Below are positions 45,159-52,920 of a stretch of DNA of 64,000 nucleotides, piece after piece. Under the pieces are notes generated by a model. That model searched no databases and was not told the origin of the DNA. It was given only the letters and a program-made list of their open reading frames with translations. The stretch lies in IMG/VR virus record IMGVR_UViG_3300045988_176633; one strand, written 5' to 3'. The DNA comes from a virus. Both the position numbers and the translations under genes were made by a program. The stretch's first letter is position 1; each line of letters starts with the position of its first letter.

Positions 45159-45647
45159 TCATTCTGTTTTACATACATAAAAATATTTACAACTCTTACA
45201 TTTGATCTCATTAAAAAGACTACCAAACGACAAACATCTTATGTAACCTCTAGGAGAAGAAAAATCTTTTCGTCGTTGTTCGTCAAAATATCTTTCGCTT
45301 ATTTTTATCGACTCGTCTTTAATAGGTGATCTCAATTTATAAGATTGAACAAACTTTGAAGTCATGTATTGTTGTTCTATAGTTCGTTCATCCCATCGTT
45401 TCAAAGCGTTCTTACCTATTATATGATTTAATGGTATAACAGGAAACCTTGTTCCTGTAATCACTTTAAAACTGAATTGAAACAACAAATATTCCCATAA
45501 ATCAATACTAAAACTTTCTATCTTATCCAGAAAAGACGAAAGAGTTGGTTCTTGTCTCTTATTGATTTTCAGACGAAAACTTGGGTTATTCAAGACCCTG
45601 CCTTGAATATACTCATATAACTCAATAAACTTTTCTTCTAACGACAT
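45159..45647 (-). CDS. hypothetical protein (162 aa)
   Basis: ATG ORF. The C-terminus is CKSCKYFYVC. The start codon lies inside palindromic motif 7. Confidence 0.45.
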   Translation of the reverse strand: MSLEEKFIELYEYIQGRVLNNPSFRLKINKRQEPTLSSFLDKIESFSIDLWEYLLFQFSFKVITGTRFPVIPLNHIIGKNALKRWDERTIEQQYMTSKFVQSYKLRSPIKDESIKISERYFDEQRRKDFSSPRGYIRCLSFGSLFNEIKCKSCKYFYVCKTE

Positions 45648-45662
45648 ACAATGTTTGTATCT
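45644..45662. promoter_or_regulatory. palindromic intergenic motif, copy 7 (opposite polarity)
   Basis: acatacaa-tgt-ttgtatct. Here the TTTGTATCTTTA tail is on the + strand, and the - strand arm contains the ATG of 45159..45647. Confidence 0.35.
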
Positions 45663-45676
45663 TTAACTTTAAAAGT

Positions 45677-45699
45677 AAAGGATGAACAACTCATCCTTT
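45677..45699 (-). terminator. hairpin terminator candidate after the structural module
   Basis: aaaggatga-acaac-tcatccttt, about 30 nt after the stop at 45728. A partly T-rich tract follows on the - strand. Confidence 0.5.
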
Positions 45700-45727
45700 C
45701 ACCTTGTAAATATACAAAAATTAACTA

Positions 45728-46288
45728 CTATTCCCAACTAATTTGAAAAGCAATGGACTCTTCTGTTGCCTTTTCTATAGGTTTGTACCTGTTTTCAGTT
45801 GCAGTATCTTTTTCAGCGACATTATTATAATCTTCTATCACAGTCTTCTTATCGATAGATCGACACAGCCATAAACCTATTTCTTGATCAATCTCCATAT
45901 CCCCAATAGTAGCTTTGTCAAGTTCAGTCGCTTGATGAAATTCAGCGTAAAAAGGTTTACTGAAAATATCTGGGATCATTTCGAAGAAAGATTGTCCTTC
46001 ATTATTCTTATCAGTCTGAACAGCAGCTAATTGAAAAGAACCATAACTACCCTCTGGTGTTTCAAACCAGAGTTGAACATTTTTAACCTCAACTCCCAAT
46101 TCATTTTTCAAAATCAAACCAATATATTGAGTTTTACCTTTTACAAGAGAAAGAAGGCTCAATTCATCAAAAACATTGTTATCCTGATCATTGGGTACAG
46201 GAGTCGAAGATTTGAAACCACCTAGTGAATTGACTAATTTTGATTGTGGATCGTTGTATCCAGAAGATACTGTATAATATAATCTCAT
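45728..46288 (-). CDS. hypothetical structural-module protein
   Basis: The track start at 46321 is a TTG. The ATG at 46288 overlaps the upstream stop (TAATG coupling). It is the last gene in the fibre cluster. Confidence 0.5.
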   Translation of the reverse strand: MRLYYTVSSGYNDPQSKLVNSLGGFKSSTPVPNDQDNNVFDELSLLSLVKGKTQYIGLILKNELGVEVKNVQLWFETPEGSYGSFQLAAVQTDKNNEGQSFFEMIPDIFSKPFYAEFHQATELDKATIGDMEIDQEIGLWLCRSIDKKTVIEDYNNVAEKDTATENRYKPIEKATEESIAFQISWE

Positions 46289-47118
46289 TATTTTGTTGCT
46301 TTTAAATTTCCTAAAGCCCAATACTCACTCTTGACCGTATTATCAATGGTAAATGTACCGTTTGTATTTTTAATACGAGCAATATAAAATTCATTATTTC
46401 CTTTTTCGGGAGGGGTTTCTACAGAAGTTTCTTGAACTAAAGAAATCTCATAATAATCGTAAATGTAAAGACCTTCTCTCTGAGATTGTGAAAATACACC
46501 ACCAATAGGAAGAGTTCCTAATACAATCGGTCTTAAATTTGATTCTGCGACAAAAGTTGTATTAGAAGTTAATACTAAATTTTGATTATCGATTACATTG
46601 ACGACTTGATAAATACCGTTATTCAATGGTATAGAACCATCGTCTTTTATGAAACGGATACAAGTAGGGGTACTCGTTGATTGACCTCTTACTTTGCCAG
46701 AAAAATCTGCAGTACCAGAAACTACACCTTTAGTGTTAACTGAAACAATACCGAGTTCATAATTTCTAGTTGCGTACGCAATTTTCACCCAATAGAATAA
46801 GCTATCGTTAGGAACTTGGATATTATCTTCTACATTGATCTTTATAAACTGTCCTAAACTATTGATCGCCATTCCTGGCAAAACCTTGATACTATTTGCA
46901 ACAGAACCTTGTTGTACGATAAAAGGATCATTATATTCTACTCCATCAGGAGCAGTTCCACTACCATTGGCTTTAGCTGGATTGTTGGTGATGATACCAA
47001 AACTAAATGTTGCTTGTAACAATGCTTGAAAAAGCATTTCACTTGCAAAGAAAGATTGGAAATTAACCAATTCTTCTTTCTCTAAGAACATGTTTCTATT
47101 AATATTTAATTGACTCAT
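46288..47118 (-). CDS. hypothetical structural-module protein (276 aa)
   Basis: ATG ORF directly downstream of the LRR fibre gene. No motif. Confidence 0.5.
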   Translation of the reverse strand: MSQLNINRNMFLEKEELVNFQSFFASEMLFQALLQATFSFGIITNNPAKANGSGTAPDGVEYNDPFIVQQGSVANSIKVLPGMAINSLGQFIKINVEDNIQVPNDSLFYWVKIAYATRNYELGIVSVNTKGVVSGTADFSGKVRGQSTSTPTCIRFIKDDGSIPLNNGIYQVVNVIDNQNLVLTSNTTFVAESNLRPIVLGTLPIGGVFSQSQREGLYIYDYYEISLVQETSVETPPEKGNNEFYIARIKNTNGTFTIDNTVKSEYWALGNLKATK

Positions 47119-47131
47119 ATATATTAAAAAT

Positions 47132-50100
47132 TTATTTCCAACCTGACGGAATCAAATTTGAATAAGATATCTTTGAACATCCTTTGAAAGTTTGATAATG
47201 TGATGCTGACGAAGGAGCTAAATCCCAAAGCCAACCCAGTGTAATTGGTTTAGATTCTGCAATAATAGGCATAGATTGTAATTCACTACAATTCAAGAAA
47301 GCATAATTCCAGTTAGTAACTGTAGAAGCTATATTTTGCGATATAACAATCACTTGTAGCGAGTTATAAGTTGAATCACCAACTCTTATACAACCATTCA
47401 AAAATTCTGACATATTCTGTAAAGAAGTGCAACCGTTAAATGTACCATGAGAAGACTCAGCTCCTCCATCTGGAGCCCATTCTGTTAAATTAGTACAATT
47501 CTTGAAACAAGAAGCTACTGAAACCAATCGAGATTGACCAGCAAAAAATCTTGGTGGAATTCTTTGTACACCAGAACCTTCAAAAGCTCTTGCCCAAGTA
47601 GTCACATTTCCATTCTCAATCTTACATCCAGAAATATCTGTCAATGATTTACAATCAATGAAAGACCAACTGAAACTAGAAGCACTAGTGGGGAAGCAAT
47701 CTGAACCTATACTACTCAGTAATATGCAACTATGAGCTAATACATTGAAATTAGTAGCTCTTGTGCAATTCCTGAAACATCTAGCTGGAATACTTCTCAA
47801 ATTGGTACAAGAAGAAACTAATCCTTCGAAAGTAGTTGCGTATACACAACTATCAAATAAACCAGAAGGAATCGAAGAAATTCCACTGTTTGCAAACGTG
47901 TAATAAAACGATTCTGCATTTCGTGGGAAAATAGAACTTCCAACACTTGAAAGCGAACTACAACCATTGAAAGCTGACTCAAAATCAGTACCATTTCTAA
48001 AAGGACTACCTGATACACTCGAAAGCGATTTACAATCTCTGAATACACTAGCGAACAATGTAAGATTACTTCCGAATAAGTCCAAAGGCACACTTGTTAT
48101 TCCAGAACCTCTAAAACAATTACTAGCATCACTTCCTGATACATTTAATAAAAGTCCAGAAGGAATACTTCTTAGAGCTGTACAATTCCTAAACCAACTC
48201 TCTATTGATCCACTAATATTTGGTGAACCAGACGCTAAACTTGATAAACTTGTACAACCATTAAATACACTTGTTCCATTTATTGGAAAATATCCTGGCC
48301 ATTGTGTAACAGCTAAGACGCTTGTATTATTCTGACAATTAAAATTCAACGTACTAGGGTTGGTCCTAGATCCTCCTACTATCTTCAACTCATTACCAGA
48401 CCATTCGTAATCAACTGAAGATCCAAAGCTCGGGAGTCTTTGACTGCTCATCCGAAGGATCAATGCCTTGTAAAGTGCGACAACAAGACCTGTTGTATTG
48501 ATAGCTATCCGTCTGGTTGTTATTGGTAAGCAACCAGATTCTTCTACCTTCAGAAGGACATACGCCGAATATGGAGCGTTTATAACGTATTTCCCTTGAT
48601 AATCAGAAGATCCATTGCCACTACTAACTACCACGTTAGAATCCGCAGATTCATATACTGTATATGATATATTGACTCCAGATGCGTTTGAACCATCAAT
48701 TAAAGTCGTCACTGTAAATTCTCGTAACGAATAAGTCAATGAAACTTGTTGATTAGCATCATTATTCGAAACTTGAACAGTGCCTTCTTTATCATAGTAA
48801 CCTACAGCTTGTATCGTCCAATTATATAAACCATTTCTCTTATCTGGAAACGTCACTTTTCCACTAGTATCTGTAGTCTTTGTATCACCGTCTAATACTA
48901 TTGTTGCATTAGGGACAGCATTACCATTAGTATTTGTAACTGTAAAATTAATATTATATGTCTTGTTCGTCAATAATACATTGATTGTTTGAGGTGTATC
49001 TGTAATCGACACTTCACCTGAAACAGAAGTATATTCTGGACGCTTAGAAACTTCGTAATCATACGAGTCAATTGGGAGGGTGTATTTTGCCTTACCTTGA
49101 CTATTTGTAATTCTGGTAATATTATTACAAACAACAGTCGCAGCTTCCACTGGTTTCCCTAAATCATCGACAACCATGAAAGTTACTTGACCATTTCGTC
49201 TAACCAAATTTATATCAAACACATAAGGAGCACTGTTCACGACAAATTGTCCTTGTTGTGAAGCATAAATCGTTTTCTTCGCCGTCCAATTATAGGAACC
49301 ATTAGGTAGTTCAGTCGATACTTTTCCTTGGCTATCTGATTCCCCAGAATAAGATCCTAAAGTAACAGTTGCGCCAACTGAAATTTGACCTTCTTCTCTT
49401 ACAGTTGCAGTCACTTGATACATCTTTTGTGACATTGTTATATTGACCGTTTCTGGACCTCCATTTACACCAAATAAATCTGTAATAGTGTGATATTCGT
49501 TTAATGTCGCTGTATAATTAAAAGATCCATCAGGTAAATTGATAGTTGCTTGTCCCTGTGCGTTTGTAGTTATAATAGGATTGTTTTCCACCTGAATAGA
49601 AACACCAGAAAGTTTTTTATTATTATCGTCTTGTACTACAAAAGTAACAACATAAACTTTTTGGTTCATTCTAATTTCAATATCAGAATCCTCATCAACA
49701 GAAATTGTATTTTTATAATCATTGTAACCAGCTTTCGTCGCTGTTAAAGAATACGATCCAGCTTTAACAATGAAACTCACTTGACCACTTGAATCAGATA
49801 TTTTAGTTGAACCGGCAAAAGTTACTGAAACACCTGTCAACAATGAAACTACCCCTTGATAATTAACACCTCTTGTTGTAAATGTCACATTATAAGTAGG
49901 AACTGGATTCATTGTTATATTTTGAGTCACTGGGGCATTAGTTACAGTCACAGATCCTGTAACTGGCAACCAATCAATTTTTTCAATTCGATAATTGAAA
50001 GTACCTACTAAAACATCTTTAAAAACAGCTTGTCCTTGTTCATTGGTATCAATATATGTATTGTTAAAATTAATTCTAGCTCCTTGAATAGGATTTGAAG

Positions 50101-51865
50101 AAGAATCTTTCACAATAAAAGTTACATCAAAAATAGGGATTAATTGCATCGTGACATTCTCAATCATATCGTCACGAACAAGGACTGACTTATCAACCGG
50201 ATAATACTTTTCCTTCTCAACTGTATACAGATATAAATCTGGATAAGCCATGAAGAATGTACTACCATCTTGACCTGTTGATTTAACCTCATTATTGAAT
50301 TTAACAACAGCTCCTAAAATAGCTTTAGCTTGTTCATTCTTGACAACAAAAGTTACCTTACGTTTGTAAAGTTCTCCTTGCATTTGTATATAACAAATCT
50401 GCTCATCTCCTTCGATTTCTTCTTCTACATATAGAACATTATTGACAATAGAAATGAAAAGGTTTTTTTCAACTGAATAAAGATAATCGCCAGGATAAAG
50501 ATCAAGAGTTACTTCACCATTAATATCTGTTTGCAATTCTTGATCTGCTATTGTAATAGTAGCTCCTTTAATATATTCTTTTCTTTCAGAAAAAACCTTG
50601 AAACGTACAGTTGTTTTTGTAAGAGCTTTAATCTCTTCACTAGCAAAAATATTTTTATATGAAACTAAATAAGTTTCTATAAATTGATCTATAGTAGATG
50701 TAGAAGAATAAGAATTATTCCTATAATAGGAGGCGATTATGTTTTTCTCCCCTAGATAACCTTGATAGAAAGGTAAATATATTGGTTTGATCTTTATATC
50801 ATAAATATTTAAATTTGAACTAACTTTAGTTCGATCTTGAACCAAATACAAAGACATGTATTTGATACCTTCTACAAATCTTAATCCTCTTCCATTAGGG
50901 AAATTCAGGGCTACTTCGTCGACAAAACTTCTATTTTTCTTTGAAATTGTTGCTCTTAACTCATAATAAATATCGGCGTTGTTTAACGTAACAGAAGCGT
51001 CATTTTTAACAAATGAATTGCTTTGTACAGTACCAATCGATTCAATACAAGAAACAGGTCTCTTCAATTCATCATAAACTTGGACTCCAAAAGTCAAATT
51101 CATGTTTTGAATATTATCTGTTTTTAAACGTAAAGAAACTTGATAAGCTAAATCTTCATCAACTACTAGAAGTTTATCTAAATCTCCTTCTGAACTGATT
51201 CCTACCAACTCATTTCCTATAAAAGTCATAGTTTGGATAGGTTCATTATCGTTGTCTACATCAGCTTGTAAAATAACACCACTAGGATTGATTAATGGAT
51301 ATTTATCTAAATTTTCAATATTGCTTGAACATTCGTAGGCTTTGGTTATATTCTCAACTGTATCTGTCCTATTCCAAGTAGGAGAGCTATGTCCTAATGT
51401 CCAACCACTATCTTTAGGAGCTAGAAGGGCAAAGATGAATTCATTTAAATCGTTGTATCGAATCAAACGAAGAAGTTCTCCTAATATAGTACCTTCTTTT
51501 GAAACGATATCCATACGACCTCTTTTTCTATACTCTTCTACATAGTTGTTGAAAAGATATTGCATTTGTTCTGTCGTATCAACAGTATCGGTTACCAAAC
51601 CTCTTTCTTTGATAAAGATATCAAATAAGATCTTGTTTACATCAATCTCTTCGTATTGTCGTCCATATAATACAACAATCGCAAAAAGATGTGTCACAGA
51701 TCCCCAAAACGAAACAAAATCTTCATTTTGTTTATTAAAAAAAACAGGAAGAATACCTGGACTACATATTTTATCCAAGACATTCTGTGCCCAAGCCTGA
51801 ATTTTAATATCATTCTTTTCAAAGAATTTTTTAAATATAGTTCTATTATATATTATATCTGCCAT
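47132..51865 (-). CDS. large tail-fibre/adhesin-like protein with CarboxypepD_reg-like repeats and a C-terminal BspA-type leucine-rich-repeat domain
   Basis: About 9 tandem ~80-aa modules (V.F.V.d....l.gA.V......t.Td..G......l..G.Y.Y.v). These are followed by at least 14 units of F(R/N/K)(N/G/D)C(T/S/K)(S/N/A)L(S/T)S(I/V/L). Confidence 0.7.
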   Translation of the reverse strand: MADIIYNRTIFKKFFEKNDIKIQAWAQNVLDKICSPGILPVFFNKQNEDFVSFWGSVTHLFAIVVLYGRQYEEIDVNKILFDIFIKERGLVTDTVDTTEQMQYLFNNYVEEYRKRGRMDIVSKEGTILGELLRLIRYNDLNEFIFALLAPKDSGWTLGHSSPTWNRTDTVENITKAYECSSNIENLDKYPLINPSGVILQADVDNDNEPIQTMTFIGNELVGISSEGDLDKLLVVDEDLAYQVSLRLKTDNIQNMNLTFGVQVYDELKRPVSCIESIGTVQSNSFVKNDASVTLNNADIYYELRATISKKNRSFVDEVALNFPNGRGLRFVEGIKYMSLYLVQDRTKVSSNLNIYDIKIKPIYLPFYQGYLGEKNIIASYYRNNSYSSTSTIDQFIETYLVSYKNIFASEEIKALTKTTVRFKVFSERKEYIKGATITIADQELQTDINGEVTLDLYPGDYLYSVEKNLFISIVNNVLYVEEEIEGDEQICYIQMQGELYKRKVTFVVKNEQAKAILGAVVKFNNEVKSTGQDGSTFFMAYPDLYLYTVEKEKYYPVDKSVLVRDDMIENVTMQLIPIFDVTFIVKDSSSNPIQGARINFNNTYIDTNEQGQAVFKDVLVGTFNYRIEKIDWLPVTGSVTVTNAPVTQNITMNPVPTYNVTFTTRGVNYQGVVSLLTGVSVTFAGSTKISDSSGQVSFIVKAGSYSLTATKAGYNDYKNTISVDEDSDIEIRMNQKVYVVTFVVQDDNNKKLSGVSIQVENNPIITTNAQGQATINLPDGSFNYTATLNEYHTITDLFGVNGGPETVNITMSQKMYQVTATVREEGQISVGATVTLGSYSGESDSQGKVSTELPNGSYNWTAKKTIYASQQGQFVVNSAPYVFDINLVRRNGQVTFMVVDDLGKPVEAATVVCNNITRITNSQGKAKYTLPIDSYDYEVSKRPEYTSVSGEVSITDTPQTINVLLTNKTYNINFTVTNTNGNAVPNATIVLDGDTKTTDTSGKVTFPDKRNGLYNWTIQAVGYYDKEGTVQVSNNDANQQVSLTYSLREFTVTTLIDGSNASGVNISYTVYESADSNVVVSSGNGSSDYQGKYVINAPYSAYVLLKVEESGCLPITTRRIAINTTGLVVALYKALILRMSSQRLPSFGSSVDYEWSGNELKIVGGSRTNPSTLNFNCQNNTSVLAVTQWPGYFPINGTSVFNGCTSLSSLASGSPNISGSIESWFRNCTALRSIPSGLLLNVSGSDASNCFRGSGITSVPLDLFGSNLTLFASVFRDCKSLSSVSGSPFRNGTDFESAFNGCSSLSSVGSSIFPRNAESFYYTFANSGISSIPSGLFDSCVYATTFEGLVSSCTNLRSIPARCFRNCTRATNFNVLAHSCILLSSIGSDCFPTSASSFSWSFIDCKSLTDISGCKIENGNVTTWARAFEGSGVQRIPPRFFAGQSRLVSVASCFKNCTNLTEWAPDGGAESSHGTFNGCTSLQNMSEFLNGCIRVGDSTYNSLQVIVISQNIASTVTNWNYAFLNCSELQSMPIIAESKPITLGWLWDLAPSSASHYQTFKGCSKISYSNLIPSGWK
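48467..50608 (-). repeat. array of about 9 protein-level CarboxypepD_reg/Big-like repeats within the 1577-aa gene
   Basis: Periodicity was read from the translation. DNA-level identity between units is low. Confidence 0.6.
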
Positions 51866-51992
51866 AATTAAGTTGTTTCCAACGATTCAAAGTTACTAAA
51901 ATGAAAGCAAACTATAACCAACAACAGTGTCAAAGCAAACTTTTTCAACCGCATAAAGATATCTACTTCCTTCATAACAAACAACATTTATT

Positions 51993-52874
51993 TTGTTTTT
52001 AAACACCTCAATCACTCTCCAGAAGGCAGCTAAACTTGTACAGATCACGACTCCACTGAATACAGAAACTGCAATTAATATTGAAAGTGGATTTTCAAAG
52101 TTAGAGTGGTGTTTAGTACACGCAGGTGCAGGTGGAGGAGGTGGAAATGTAAGATATCCAGGCGGAGGAGGTGGAGGAGGAAGTACTATTCTTGGAGAAT
52201 TATTAACTTTATTAGATGGCGGCACTTATACTGGAGGTTATATTATAAGAAGTGGTGGAGTTGGAGGCGAAGGTAGAACTTCTATAGCTCCAGGAGGTAT
52301 AGGAAAAGAACCAGATATGGCTAATATCTGGTTTAAAAAGAATGGAAGTTATGTTTACAATATTTTACACCAATTTAATGGTAACGGAGGATCAGGAGCT
52401 GGTAGTGGAGGAAGTAACGGAGGTCCTGGTAGTGGTCTTCTTAATACATTTGGTGTAAAACTTGGTATAGGTGGCGGCGGTGGTGGAGGTAGCGAAGGAG
52501 AAACCGATTTTGCTGCAGGTGGTGCAGGTGGTGCAGGTGGTGCAGTTTATTATAACGGTACAACTTATAATGGAGGAAAGGGTTACAGCCCATCTAATAT
52601 TTCAGTTCCAAATGGTGGCGGCGGCGGCAGTGGTGCTAGTAGTACAAATATAGGAAAGAATGCTGTGAATTACATAGGAGCATTAAGTGTTGGTGTACCT
52701 AATGATTTTGAAAAATATGGAATAACTGGAAGCGGTGAAGGTGGAAATGGAGGAAAAATAGGTTCAGGTGGAGAAAGTTCTCTTCCAAACTATGGTTCAG
52801 GTGGAAAAGGTGGAAAAATAAAAGAAAGTGGATTATCTGGACAACAAGGTATTCTTTTTATTTATTATCATTAA
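51993..52874 (+). CDS. promoterless, ATG-less alternative C-terminal (Gly-rich) cassette for the baseplate-J fibre protein
   Basis: The only long + strand ORF not antisense to a gene. It begins at a TTG. Residues NTSITLQKAAKLVQITTPL are identical to the 2097-aa protein. It ends GILFIYYH, versus GIIELYYK in the expressed copy. Confidence 0.6.
   Translation: MFLNTSITLQKAAKLVQITTPLNTETAINIESGFSKLEWCLVHAGAGGGGGNVRYPGGGGGGGSTILGELLTLLDGGTYTGGYIIRSGGVGGEGRTSIAPGGIGKEPDMANIWFKKNGSYVYNILHQFNGNGGSGAGSGGSNGGPGSGLLNTFGVKLGIGGGGGGGSEGETDFAAGGAGGAGGAVYYNGTTYNGGKGYSPSNISVPNGGGGGSGASSTNIGKNAVNYIGALSVGVPNDFEKYGITGSGEGGNGGKIGSGGESSLPNYGSGGKGGKIKESGLSGQQGILFIYYH
52002..52055. repeat. inverted repeat, left copy (54 bp, perfect)
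   Basis: aacacctcaatcactctccagaaggcagctaaacttgtacagatcacgactcca is the exact reverse complement of 53896..53949. Confidence 0.95.
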
Positions 52875-52888
52875 TTTAAATAAAACAA

Positions 52889-52912
52889 GGGCCTGGAAAT
52901 GAATCCAGGCCC
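52889..52912. terminator. bidirectional hairpin terminator between the two convergent cassettes
   Basis: gggcctgga-aatgaa-tccaggccc. A GC-rich 9-bp stem with A/T-rich flanks on both sides. Confidence 0.7.
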
Positions 52913-52920
52913 TATTCAAT

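Noticed and set aside
51896-52225. 109-aa - strand ORF rich in Pro (PPPPPPPGYLTFPPPPPAP)
   Set aside because: It is the antisense reading of the Gly-rich (GGN-codon) cassette and of the inverted repeat. It has no independent signal and is an expected artefact of GGA/GGT repeats.
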